Source: Mustelus asterias (lineage: Eukaryota). Taken from it: a stretch of 64,000 nucleotides of DNA. The position numbers and the translations under genes are program-made. How positions within the stretch are numbered: position 1 is the stretch's first letter; each line of letters begins with the position of its first letter. Positions 1 to 12,788 of the stretch are shown here, one piece after another. Under the pieces are notes generated by a model. That model saw only the letters and a list, made by a program, of their open reading frames with translations. It searched no databases and had not been told where the DNA came from. Location of the stretch: positions 79,546,001 to 79,610,000 of the forward strand of contig NC_135817.1 of assembly GCF_964213995.1 (NCBI RefSeq), written 5' to 3'.

Positions 1-318
1 ATTTTTACACTACTGAAATTTCACTCCCCCTCCCCCTCCCCACGGGGGGGCCAACTGGTTGTCCAGTGACAATCTGAACCTTTGTTCTTTCATTCACACA
101 TTCTGATCTCTTAATGGATCCTCTTTCCTCATCATCATTTGCATTCCCTTTGTCCAAGTGCAGCCCCACCCCACTACCCCAACCTAATAGTATAAATCTT
201 GTCTGATTTTCTTTTCCTTCAGCTCTGACACAGGGTCGTCCCGACTTGAAACATTGACTCTATTCTTTCTACAGATGCCGTCAGATCTGCTGAGTTTCTC
301 CAGCATTTTCTGTTTTTG
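1..318 (+). mobile_element. 3' terminal fragment of a second Penelope-like family with degenerate hammerhead (221-258)
   Basis: ctctgacacagggtc...gacttgaaacattgact followed by acagatgccgtcagatctgctgagtttctccagcattttctgttttt; the same tail recurs at about 9925-10000, 31615-31822 and 37165-37228. Confidence 0.55.
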
Positions 319-1292
319 GCTGAATTATTTATACCATGTGATAGAGTATTCTACTTGCCTTTCATTTTCTTGCCAGATAGTATATATTCTAATGTGTTGA
401 AGGAGATCAGGCAGAAAATCTGTTGGTCATTGATGACTTGTTATGGAAGAATTTCTGTTTTTTGTGATGTTCAACTGGCAACACCTTTTGAAATCCCAGA
501 CACTGGAACCTTCAATGAGATGAGAAAAAAAATTAATGAGAAATTGCTAGTGTGGGTTGAGGAGGAAAACCTGATGGACAGACGTTTGGGCTTTGAAAAT
601 TATAGACAGGGTAGAGAATAGCAATCTTGTGATGTAAGTTTTCAGAAAGCCTTTGACTAAGTCTCACACAAAAGACTTCACATTTTGTTAAAGCCACAAG
701 AATCGACAATAAATTGAGCAAATAAAATTGTAGATCAGAAATTATGGGCCAGAATTTTACATTGTTTGTGCGGGCACGCACCCAATGAAATCACATGAGA
801 AAATTTCAGGCGCACGTCTCAATGTCATTGTGCATTCACGCAATATTTCAGTTAGCAGGCTCACACGGGAGTCTGGAATGCATCCATTGACAATGAAGCG
901 GGCAATTAGGCCCATTAAGGGATTTTACATGGGCTGTCTACTTTTACAGTTGGCGGGCGGGTCAGTTGGCCAGGCGGCCTTCACATTTTATCCACAATGT
1001 TGATCCAGGCAGAATGAAATGTCAGGGCTGAAATAAAATTTAAAAAGGAGTCTGGGGACTGCAGTTTTCAGAGTTTTGCTGTCAGGTGTTTGAATGTGCT
1101 GCCTGGACATAATTTGCTGTGTTTTCTCATCGGAATTTCATTTGTAGAAGTCTGCAGCTCCCTGAGACAGCTCCACAGCAACTGTCTGCCTTGAGGGAGC
1201 TCAGTGGAAGTGTCCGCCTGCACCCTTTTCTTGGTGTATGGCCTCTTGCCACTCTTCTTGGTGCATGTTTCATGCTGGCTACCTATTGATTG

Positions 1293-1516
1293 TAGTAAGA
1301 AGTCTCACAACACCAGGTTAAAGTCCAACAGGTTTAATTGGTAGCAAAAGCCACTAGCTTTCGGAGCGCTGCCCCTTCATCAGGCGAGTGGGAGTTCTAT
1401 TCACAAACAGGGCATATAAAGACACAAACTCAATTTACAAAATAATGGTTGGGATGCGAGTCTTTACAGGTAATCAAGCCTTAAAGGTACAGACAATGTG
1501 AGTGGAGAGAGCGTGA
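1293..1516 (-). mobile_element. Penelope-like element 3' fragment with intact minimal hammerhead
   Basis: Matches about 58836-59055 of the long PLE; 14-bp TSD ctacctattgattg at 1279-1292 and 1517-1530. Confidence 0.9.
1352..1386 (-). ncRNA. Minimal type I hammerhead ribozyme (PLE-borne), intact core
   Basis: Reverse complement: cgc-CUGAUGA-a-ggggc-agc-gcucc-GAAA-gc-UA-gug. Confidence 0.8.
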
Positions 1517-1578
1517 CTACCTATTGATTGGCCAGCCAGTGTGAAATCTCATTCAGGAACCGATTGCAGTGGAAGCAC

Positions 1579-1815
1579 TGTGGTAAACCACTGTTAAGCT
1601 TATTGCCTGTGTGTTTGTGACATGCCTGGGCATGCCCCTGCCGGCCCTGCCTGAGACTCCTCCCCGCCCCTGGTCCAGGTATAAAGGTGACTGCTCCCCA
1701 CCCCCCTGCCTCAGTCTCTGGACCAGTTCATCAGCATGGGTGTGCTCCAAGTCTTTTGCGAATAAAAGCCTATTTGTTCTTGCATACAAACTAGTCTTTG
1801 ATTGATAGTGCATCA
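1579..1815 (+). mobile_element. Solo LTR (237 bp)
   Basis: TG...CA ends, 5-bp TSD agcac (1574-1578, 1816-1820), TATAAA 1680-1685, AATAAA 1761-1766. Confidence 0.85.
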
Positions 1816-2582
1816 AGCACATTTTGCATCTCCTTCCAAGCCCACTGAGTGTGCACACCCAACAGGCGCAAAATTCAAGTCATGAATGATGAGCACACAA
1901 TTGAAGTGTAAAAAGGCACATAATACAAAGGGGCCTAAAGTTATTTGCAGATATATGTTATGTGCAGAATATATGCTGAATACATTTTTAAAAGTTAATA
2001 GAACACTAGGATGTTTATCTAGAACAATAGGACATAAATATACAGGAATTATGTTAATATTTTAAAATACAAGGATTTGAGCAAGTAGTATTTATTTTGG
2101 CAACCACATCACAATATGGTCTGTATGTTAGGTTACAGGGAAAGCAACAAGTACATGGTCAAGGAGAAGCAAGTATTATAAGGGGTAAATTGTAGGAACG
2201 GCAGGTGGCAACGAATTCCAGGCTATGTATGTGTCATAGCAGCAGTGCAACAAATCTTTACAACACAGTGAGGACACTGTGGAGGGATGGCGGGTGGGTG
2301 AATGCTTATGATATATTTGGAATGAGAAAGAACAAGAGGATATTTCACCAACAATAGCCATACTGATGGAACAAAGACAGTAAAAAATACATTGGAGAGG
2401 GAGACTGGAAATGAGACCAGGGCCAATAACCAAACTTTTTCTTGCATCTTGTCCAGGAAGATGAGGGATATAAGAGCCTCCCCAAGATCTTGTACCAATA
2501 ATAAAGTCTGGATGGAGTTAGGCTTTTACAGACTTGGTTCACTTAGCCTTTTTCAAATTCTTTCCTGGGACGCTTTGATTAA

Positions 2583-2822
<240 letters not shown>

Positions 2823-3013
2823 TAATATCTATTTAATTAATGTTATCACTGACCTTAGAACCCATATACTGTTCTCATTGAAGCAAATAAACTAAAAACC
2901 AATCCAGTGTGTTTGCATGACACTAGTTGCAGCCCGCTTCTCGGGTTCCTGGTTTTAATTTTGAGAAATGTTAGTCATGACCTGGGTATTTTAATAGACT
3001 GTGTTATCTTTAG

Positions 3014-3112
<99 letters not shown>

Positions 3113-3404
3113 TAACCCTGCATGCAAAATTCATGAATGTGGATGCAACATTGTTTTTAGCATAGTTGTTGGAAAGGGAAGGGAATGCATGACTAGTTTT
3201 AATGTTGTAAATTATTGAGATTTATTCTACATCCATGTTCCAGCTTTGTAAGTTGGCGTGACACTGTTGTACCTTTTGTATGCTAGATCTTGTCTGCACT
3301 GTTATTATAAATCACTGTCTACATTTTACAACCTTCCACTTTTGAATTAAAACTTGGAAGCAAGTACCATTTTGTTTAATGGGTGCCATTTGTGATCTTT
3401 TAAG

Positions 3405-3563
3405 CGTTTCCAGGAGATGGTAGAATCACTAGAGCAGGAAGCAGCAAGTGAGAGGCAGCAGTTGGTAGAGACCCACATGGCAAGGGTGGAAGCCATGCTG
3501 AATGATAGACGCCGTATTGCACTGGAGAATTACCTTGCTGCACTGCAGGCTGATCCACCACGG
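3405..3563 (+). CDS. APP: APP coding exon (exon 11 equivalent)
   Basis: cttttaag| ... |gtaagt; 159 nt; [53 protein letters not shown]. Confidence 0.96.
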
Positions 3564-5175
3564 GTAAGTGCAAATCTGGATGGACTAAGCAAAATTATCC
3601 ATTTAGAATTGACACATTGACGTGTGAAGACCATTAGGACACTGTTAATTCAAGGGAGTTTAAAGATTTGGTTTGTAATTTGTGTTATGTTTTGAAGATT
3701 TTTTAAAAGCAAACAAAAATTGCTTCATGCTGCGAGAGGGATTTTTTTCTGCTCAGTGACATGAGCTGCCTTGTTTTTTTTTCTTAAATGGTATAGTGCA
3801 TTCAGAATAAAGTTGGTTTTCAGTTACACTGTTACAGATCTGTGGGCTACTCCCTATAGGTTCCTATGTATTCTTGGTCTCTTTCCAATTGCCCTGAGAG
3901 AGGTTTGCCAAGAGGAGGCCAGCCGTTCTGCCCAAAGGAAGGAAGCATGAGGTCCAGTTAGCTTGACCCTAGCTCATTTATTTCCTGGTTGGCAGTACAA
4001 TGACATTGGTAGATGTTGTGGATAAGGTTTCCTGCTCATTGTTTCAGACATGAGGCATAAACACTGGTGAAAGAGGAGACAGAATAACTTGGCAAGTGGG
4101 TGTGGGTCCTTTTTAGTTTAAAACCAAACCTGCATCAATTAAGTTTTATTTTCTTCTGGGCCCACCTTAATTTTTCAGTGTTTCAGGAATTCGAGGCCCG
4201 CATTCTCATGAAGCTACCAGTGGTTCCTTGGGACCTGCATGTATCCGCTAGGGCAAAGAGTGGAATCTACTTGCTCGAACTATGCATTCCTGAAACTTTG
4301 ATCCTCTTCAGGATGAGGAGTGCTGAGAGTAAAATAGAATTTCAGCTTCTGCTATGTGCCTGGTAAAACAGGCAGTTGTGGGGCACTGAAGTTTGAGTTT
4401 TCTGAAATCTACCTCACAGTTTACTTTATCAATTAGTGAAAAGTCCGCATTAAACTGAGGTATGATTTTATTGACAAGATTAAAATATGTGAAGAATAAC
4501 ATGCTGCTGTTAGAGTTCTCTTGGGTATCAGCAATCCAAAGGCACACTCAGTCGACTCTTAACACAAATAGCGCTGGACACCATGCATCCAATGCAAGGT
4601 CTTTAATTGTGCACAAGGAGAACTCGCAAACGGTCAACACCGAATGAGCGGAGCGGTTCTGAGCTTACAGAGATACAGCTCAGCAGTTATCGTCAATTGC
4701 AGCAAATCAGGAACGAGAGATTTTTAACATCTTTCATTGACATACATATCCACCAATCACAGCACAGCCCTTTTGCCCTTTCTTATCCAATAGAAAACCA
4801 ATCCTTCGTTAGCGTAATATATCCCCATATCTTGCTATTTGATAATCGTCATGTTAACTCGTTCTTTGTTTTCATCCTGCTGTCCTAAACTGGAATGCCG
4901 TGTTTATGGAACAATGTTTTAGATATACTTGCTTATCCTACGTACGCCACTGTTGGCCTTACTGAAGGCCTGACTGAAGGCCGTGTTTGGCTAATAATCA
5001 TTCCAATACTTGACAGTTTTTTTTTTAGAATTATGGAACTTTAATTTTCACAATTGTTGCAACCTAACTGCCACACTGCTGTCTGTGGGATTTTCTAGCT
5101 TTAATTCATCTGCAAATTTGTGCCATTTTCAGCAGAAAAAAATTGTACCAAAATAACTTGGCTATTTCCTTCTAG

Positions 5176-5304
5176 CCCCGACATGTTCTCAATGCACTGA
5201 AGAAATATATCCGTGCTGAGCAGAAAGACAGACAGCACACCTTGAAACATTTTGAACACGTCCGCATGGTTGACCCCAAGAAGGCGGCCCAGATCAAATC
5301 ACAA
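5176..5304 (+). CDS. APP: APP coding exon (exon 12 equivalent)
   Basis: ccttctag| ... |gtaaga; 129 nt; [43 protein letters not shown]. Confidence 0.98.
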
Positions 5305-5894
5305 GTAAGAACCTGATTGAAATGTGCACCTCCATTTCAGGTTCTGCTCTTAATAGTTTTTAAGTTTTAGTAGTGTATATAATTATGTTGTGCCCAGGTT
5401 AATTTGACAATTTGATGGTTACTCTCACAAGATATGTTATCCCAAGCAAATTCTGGTTACAATGATTGGGTTCAGCTAAGGTTTTAAATTTGTGTGTAGA
5501 TGTAATTTGGTTCTTTATAAACCCTCCTCCTACCTCTTTGCCAGTGTAATCTGTTTATGATTAAAGACCACCACTTATTGAGCAACCCCAGCTACTTCCA
5601 TGGGTCACTCATTTCTGAATCAGGGATGGTGGAAACAAAGCTGGAAAAATACCTGACTCTGCAAGTTCATTGAAATTTGGTTTTGTGGCCTCAATAACTT
5701 GAGCACAAATGCAAAAATAGCAATGAACATTTTTTTTTCTGTCTGTACCTGAGACATCTTGGCAAGAATACACTTCCACAAGTTGGTGGCAAGCTGTGAA
5801 AACATGTCCTGGCTTTTTGCAAATCTTAACTCTTAAATCAACAATCATTATTAAACTTATTAGAATAAGTCCTGACAACTATTTGAATGTTTTG

Positions 5895-6270
5895 GAAGTA
5901 TAAACAATGAAGGGACTGGTGCGAATACATGGGTCAGGAGGAGTGAGATCATGGAGCGATTTGGAAACAAGGATACAAATTTTAAAATCAAGATGTCACT
6001 TTCCCTGGAGCCAACATGATCAGTAAAAACAGGGGTGATGGGTAATGGAACTTGGTGTGAATAAGGACTGGAGAAGAGGAGTTGTAGGGCTTCAGGAGAT
6101 TGCAGAGATGGGGAGCCATGGAGACATTTGAAAACCAGGATAAGCATTTTAAAATTGAGACATTGTTTAACCCGGAGCCAGTCTACATTTGTAAGCACAG
6201 GGAGGTGACTTAAGTGGGACCTGGTGCAAGTTAGCTCACAGGCAGAAGAGCTTTAAATGACCAAGTTTGC
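5895..6270 (-). mobile_element. Decayed L2-type LINE fragment
   Basis: Minus-strand translation DWLRVKQCLNFKMLILVFKCLHG resembles the L2 ORF2 C-terminus. Confidence 0.6.
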
Positions 6271-6467
6271 GTATCATGTAAGGAAAACCCTATGTAAATA
6301 TAAGGGTGATACAGCTAGTTTATAAACATTTTGTTGTCACAAGAAGATGACTGATTTAGGATTTCGTACTTTTTTGCCTCTCCCAGTAACAGAAGTCAAG
6401 GATTATGAGTGAATGATTCCAAATATTTCAGTGCATCAGCTTAGTTAAAATTTCTACCTTTTTGTAG

Positions 6468-6567
6468 GTAATGACTCACCTACGTGTGATTGATGAACGT
6501 ATGAACCAGAGCTTATCACTTCTTTACAAGGTCCCATCAGTTGCTGAGGAAATCCAAGACGAAGTTG
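6468..6567 (+). CDS. APP: APP coding exon (exon 13 equivalent)
   Basis: ttttgtag| ... |gtacgt; 100 nt; [33 protein letters not shown], includes the NQS sequon. Confidence 0.98.
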
Positions 6568-6653
6568 GTACGTTCCTATAAATGTCAGTTCTTGTCTTTA
6601 TTATTGTCCGTTTTAACCATGCCACAAGCAAGGCCGATGGGTCATCAGAGTAG

Positions 6654-6894
6654 TCATGATGTGGAAATGCCGGCGTTGGACTGGGGTGAACACAGTAAGG
6701 AGTCTAACAACACCAGGTTAAAGTCCAACAGGTTTATTTGGTAGCAAACGCCACTAGCTTTCGGAGCGCTGCTCCTTCGTCAGATGGAGTGGAAATCTCC
6801 ATTCCTGACGAAGAAGCAGCGCTCCAAAAGCTAGTGGCGTTTGCTACCAAATAAACCTGTTGGACTTTAACCTGGTGTTGTTAGACTCCTTACT
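6654..6894. mobile_element. Inverted (hairpin) pair of PLE termini with two hammerhead motifs, in APP intron 13
   Basis: About 100-bp near-perfect inverted arms around position 6795; 13-bp TSD gtcatcagagtag at 6641-6653 and 6895-6907. Confidence 0.9.
6751..6787 (-). ncRNA. Minimal type I hammerhead ribozyme, intact core
   Basis: Reverse complement: ccau-CUGACGA-a-ggagc-agc-gcucc-GAAA-gc-UA-gugg. Confidence 0.8.
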
Positions 6895-8569
6895 GTCATC
6901 AGAGTAGGCCAGTAGTCTCCTCTTCTGGTGGGTAAATGCAACGACCGATATAATCGTTTGTACAAGCCAGAAAATCCTAGATTGAATTGACCATGAAACC
7001 CCAGGCTACAGAGGGGAAATTCCTTTGCATTTATATAGTCAATCGCAGGATCATTAGACAGTATGTGTATGATTGGATGAGGACAGAATAGATTCAATTG
7101 TAGTACATGCTTCAGTTGAATTCACTGTACTCATTGTCAAATTTCTTTCTTATACAATGGTTTCTTGACTAAGATGCCAAAAACTGCTTCTGTTTGGACC
7201 TCAACAAGATCCTAATCACTTGGATAAAGGAAGAGAAAGTTGTAGAAAAAGGATTTCAAAATCCTATGCACCTTGATAAATAAAAGTAGACTTGCACTTC
7301 ATTAATTTAGCACAGCTTTATGTTGATGCCAAAATGGCAACCCTGGCAGATCCAATCAATAAATACAATCCTTTTAAAAAGGAATGCACTGTAAAATTAA
7401 TAGTTACTAAATTAACCTCCGTGTGGTCTGCAGTGCCAGATCTTTAAATCGCTAAACATCTAATCAATTAACGTGCCACAAAAAAATGTTGATATGAGCA
7501 TTTATTAAAGTGCCTCGTCACCTAAAATATAGTCATCGTTCGTGTATAAAAGAGCACAAAACACAGTCAATAATTTAAACTGTGAGGTAAACGTATAGAA
7601 CTTCAAAAAGACATAGACGAGAAGGTGGAATGGGCAGAGAGGTGGCAGATGAAGTTCCATATAGAGACGTGAGTTGATTCATTTTGTTTGGAAGAAAATG
7701 AAGAGACAATATAAAATAAGGGGTACAATTCTCTGCATTGAGGTTGAACCACAAATGGCCTCTGAAATGGAGGGCAGTTAGGGATGGGCAATAAATGCAG
7801 GTCCAACCAACGCCCACGTACCGTAAAAATTTGAATAGAAACAATGCGTAGTGTTGCGAGGAAAAAACAGGAGAATGACACTAATTCGTAATTTGGTTTG
7901 GAGAGCCAGTGCAGACACGATAGGCCGAATGGCCGCTTTCTGCACCATAACAATTCTGTGAAATGTAAGCATGTGTGTTCTTAAAGCCATTTTCACAATG
8001 CAAGTTATAATTTTGTGTTGAATCTGGAGTACTTTTATTCTGGCTTAGTGATTTAAAACATCCGCTATCGGTTTTGCACTTGTGGCTTTGTGAAAAAACT
8101 GAATAATTGTTGCCTGGGGAAGTGACATTGTTGTACTCTGTATCTAAGACACACATATTGAAAAATGTTTAGGCTTTGAATTCCGAGCAATGCTGTGCAA
8201 AGAATCTTGATAGAAATTACTGCAGTGAATTAGGTTTCCCTTTGTAATTACAGTATGTTATTGCTGTTATGCCATGAGTGTCTCACTTCAGAAAACTATT
8301 CGGTTTAAAGTCAAAAAAGCAACAACCTTTGAAGGGGTTACTATTTTTTTACTTTACCATGTTGAATAGAGTTCAGCAGGAATGCTCTTTTTACAAATCA
8401 GCTTTCTGGTGGCAGAGCAATTTAACCCTTAACAAAATTAATGATAGTTTTGTCACCTGTTGCAAGTCTTTATATTTCTGGAGACCAATCAACCCTGAGT
8501 TCAGATAAACTCAGTGTCTCTTTGCAATCACCATTTGGCAACGATCTGCATTTGTTAACCAAATGTTTT

Positions 8570-9110
8570 AAGGAAGTTATAATGAACCTTTTTCAGCCTC
8601 AACTGGAGTATTGTGTCCATTTCTAGGCACCGCACACCAGGAAGGTTGTGAGGGCTTAGAGAGATTTACGAAAATATTTGTGAGAATGGCTCCAAGTGTG
8701 CGGGACGACTTTTCCATGGGTAGATTGGAGAAGCTGGAGGTGTTCTTGGAGAAGAGCAGGTTGAGAGAAGATCTGAGGGTTTGAAATCTTTGATGAATCT
8801 GGACAGAGTAACAGAGGAAATGTTCCATTGTTGGAAGAGTAAAGAACTACCAGTTTAAGACGATTGGCAAAATAATCTACACAGACATAAGGGGAAACAA
8901 TTCTTTACACAATGAGTGGATGCATTGCCTGAGTGTGTGGTAGAGATAGATTCAATCGTAGCTTTCAAAAGGGAATTGGATAAGCACCTGAAGAGAGAGA
9001 ATTTGCAGGTCTATGAGGAAAGAAGTAGCTAAATTACTTTTGTGGAATCCAACATGGATAGAGCAGGCCAAATGGCCTCCTACTGTGTTTCTACCATTTT
9101 ATCATTCTAA
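8570..9110 (+). mobile_element. Decayed CR1/HER1-type LINE 3' fragment
   Basis: PQLEYCVHF-like coding remnant and CR1 tail (ggccaaatggcctcctactgtg...attct). Confidence 0.75.
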
Positions 9111-9234
9111 GATTATTTTGCCAAATCCAGGCAGTTAGCTCAAAGTAATAACTCCTACCCAGAATATTTCATTTAGTTATAGTGCTGCCAGATTCATACT
9201 TTTATCTCTGGTTACTCCTCTCAAGGAATTTTTA

Positions 9235-9575
9235 AAGTTGCATTTATATGACACCTTTCAAATTTCCAATTGAATCCAATAGCCAGTTAATGTATGCAAT
9301 GTGCCTGCCAGTTTGTGCACAGCTGATCCAATGAATAATAGTGGAATAAATAGCCAGTTAATCTGTTTTTGTTAGTGTTAGTTTGGGGATAAATTTTGGC
9401 AAGGGCACTGGGGAAAATGCTTGGTTCACATCTCACCTGAAAGGCTACACCTCAACAATGCAGCACGCTCTCTATGCTACAATATAGAATGATAACCCTC
9501 GATTATATACTGCATTCAGCAGTTTGAACCTACTACTTTCTTATTTATAAGTGAGAATATTAGCACTGAGCCAAG
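9235..9575 (-). mobile_element. Decayed DeuSINE-like (SacSINE1/AmnSINE1-related) SINE
   Basis: Reverse-complement similarity to the copies at 23859 and 29438. Confidence 0.5.
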
Positions 9576-10174
9576 CTGACATTTAATTTGCACAATAATT
9601 TTTCTATGAAATATTTCACTCTAACTTTTACCATTGTTTAATTTTAATTTATTTCAATTTTCTTCATGAAGGTTCAAATTGGAATACAATTACAGCATCT
9701 GAAGAGACCATTATGGCCATTCAAAGAGGCTATAACTGCTGAGTCTAATGTGGCTTCCATTCTTATCTGGCATGTTCATAGGCATACATTCTAGCAGACA
9801 TCTCTAACTAGCAGTTGGGAGCAACGAGCTTTGCCACTTATTCACTTCCTGTTCAGCGGCACTTGGACCTAAGACTGAGTCCCTATTGCTCCTGATTGTG
9901 ATGACCTACTTGGAACCTTATTTTTAAATGAAAACAGATAGTGTTGGGCAATACTCAGCAGGTCAGGCAGCATCTGTGAAGAGAGAAACAGAGTTACATT
10001 CATGTCTATGACCTTATTTTTAATGGCTGGATTTTTAGCCAGTGTAGTTTCTTGGGACCCTTCTTCCTTTGGGAATCTTAGCAGTTGGGCTATTGTAGTG
10101 TCTGGAGAGGATTCCCCCTGAAATATTTATCATATATATATATATATATATATTTATATTAATTACTTGGACCT

Positions 10175-11170
10175 TGTTATACAGGGCACAATTTCAAAAT
10201 TTGAAGATCATACAAAATTTGGAAATATTGCAAACGATAGGCAGAATAGTGTAGAACTTCAAAAGGCCATAGACAGCTGGTGGAATGGGCGAACGGCACG
10301 TGAAATTTAATACCAACTGTGTGAAGTGATTCATTTTGGTAGGAAGAACACAGAGTCAATATAAAGTAAAGATTACAATTCTAAAGAGAGTGCAGAAGCA
10401 GTTGACCTGGTTATGTATGTGCATATAAATCATTGAAGTTGGTAGGTCAGGTTGAGAGAGTGGTTAATAAAGCATGCAGAATTCTATGCTTTATTAATAG
10501 GAACATTGAATACAAAAGCAGATAAGTTTTGTTATAAACATGTGTAGAAGACAGGTTTGGCCTCAACTGGAGTATTGTTTCCAGTCCTGGATATCACCAT
10601 AAGACCATAAGACATAGGAGCGGAAGTAAGGCCATTCGGCCCATCGAGTCCACTCCACCATTCAATCATGGTTGATTTCAACTCTATTTACCCACGTTTT
10701 AGGAATGATGTGAAGCATTGGAGCAAGCACAAAAAAGATTCACATAAATGATTTCAGTGATGCGGATCTTCAATTCTGTAGATAAATGGAGAAATTGGGA
10801 CTTATCTCCTTGGAGAAGAGAAGGTTGAGAGGAGATTTGAAAGCAGTGTTCAAAATCATGCAGGATCAGAACAGAGCAGATAGTGGAAAACTTCCCATTG
10901 GAAAGATTGAGAATTAAAGAGCATAGATTTAAGGAATTGGTAAAAGAAGCAATGGTGAGATGAGGAAAATCTTTTTTACATAGTATTAGGATCTAGGATG
11001 CACTGCTCGAGAGTGGTGGAGGCATTCAAGAGGGAATTGGATATTTATCTGATGAGAAAGAATATATGGAAAGCTACGGGGTAATGGCAGTGGCTGAGTT
11101 GCTCCTTCAGAGTGCCAGCACAGACTTGACAGGCCAAATGACTTCTTTCTGTGCTATAACCATTGTGATT
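10175..11170 (+). mobile_element. Decayed CR1/HER1-type LINE 3' fragment
   Basis: cctcaactggagtattgt, gagaagagaaggttgagaggagat and the CR1 tail; short internal insertion at about 10597-10695. Confidence 0.75.
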
Positions 11171-11650
11171 TAAAGGATGGGTTCCCAAAATGAAACAAAT
11201 GCCTATCTTGACTCTGATGAGCAGAGACAAATGAAATGAAGGGTGTAGAGATGCACCAAGGTCTTTTTCCCTGCTGCCCTCACCACACCTGCACCTTCCT
11301 CCCAACTCCTGAAAAAAAACCATATGAACAACAGGTCAATCACTGGTGCAGGGCCTGCATTTCAAAATAAAACTATTTTCACTGTTGGAACATTGTTGTC
11401 AAAGTGGGTTACAATGAAATAAAGTCTGTGGAGAAAGGGAGCAACAACTTCCAGAAACTAATCAGTAAAATCGGGATCTTCCAGTTAACGATATTGTTGC
11501 CTTTCCAAAGTTTCCCCTCCGTGTTCAAACTAGTAACCTTTGAGCATTTAGTATTTTGAATCGAAGTGGGTTAATATTGAGTTTTAGATGTCAATGCTAA
11601 TAACCTGTGCACCATTCCAAAAATGTGACCCGAGCATTGTATTAACACAG

Positions 11651-11872
11651 ATGAACTGCTGCAGAAGGAGCAGAGCTACATCGACGACATGGTGGCGAAC
11701 TCTGTCAGCGACACACGAATTAGCTATGGAAACGATGCGCTGGTCCCATCTCTCTCTGAAACAAAAACAACAATAGAGCTTCTGCCAGATGATGGAGAGT
11801 TCAACCTGGATGACCTTCAACCTCTGCACCCATTTGTCATTGACTCCATCCCTGCCAACACGGAGAACGAAG
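11651..11872 (+). CDS. APP: APP coding exon (exon 14 equivalent)
   Basis: acacag| ... |gtaata; 222 nt; (D)[73 protein letters not shown]. Confidence 0.97.
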
Positions 11873-12788
11873 GTAATAGGGTAATGGAAGAGCTGGATTT
11901 GAACACCAGGATGTAGGAAGTGGAGAATTGTTGGACACTAAACCCACACTTCAAGCATAGACAGCATTCGGATAGCATGTCAAATTATTTAATGTGCAGC
12001 ACCATTGAGAGTAAGGGCAGCTATATCTATGAGCTAATGTGGTTCACGTTTTGTTCTGACTTGGAATAAGGTATCAAAGTGACTGTGTAATTGAAATGCT
12101 TTACCTATTTAACAGTTACAATTAATATCAGTAGAAAATCACATTTGTTATCCTCACTAATGGTAATTTTATTCCCCCTCTAATTCAGCAGAAGCAGACT
12201 AGGTAATATTTTCCTTTATTGTGTATGGTCGAAGTTTCAGTGAATAGTCCTCTCCCCAGCCTGATGGGTAAATATGGCAGCAAAGTGCAAGAACAATACA
12301 AAGCCCTTTTAGAAAAATATATTCTATAATAGATATATCTCCTTACTCAAAAATTATCTGAGCATGGCAGACATTTTCTTGATCGTTCAATTTGCAAAGG
12401 TTGGTAATTCAGTCTTTTAAAAAATTCTCTAACAACAACTACAAACACCATCTTTTTGGTGGGTAGCCTTGAACATATTTCTCACTTGTCTCCTTGTCCT
12501 CCCTCACTCTTTTTGGACCAAGAGAGAAATCCTAGTCAAGCCTGAGACTGTCCTTGCCTAAAGTCCAGAGCTGTCCAAAAAAATCTATTTGACAATTGGA
12601 AATTTTGGCTGATTTCTTTCTCCTCTTCCTTCCTCTCCCAATTCTACTCCAGAAATGATGGGTCTATTTACATTGTCCTCTTTGAGATCAGCTAACTGAG
12701 TTCAGATACAAATCTGGGATCTCTTGCTCCATATGGTTCTGCTATTGGCAAAGGAATTATTGCCACAAAAAAGGATATCGGAAATTGT

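Larger units (their letters stand above)
747..1880. mobile_element. Non-autonomous DNA transposon (MITE-like), hosting a PLE fragment and a solo LTR
   Basis: Imperfect TIRs gggccagaattttacattgtttg / caacaggcgcaaaattcaagtc; splits a decayed CR1 fragment (about 500-745 and 1885-2125). Confidence 0.6.
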
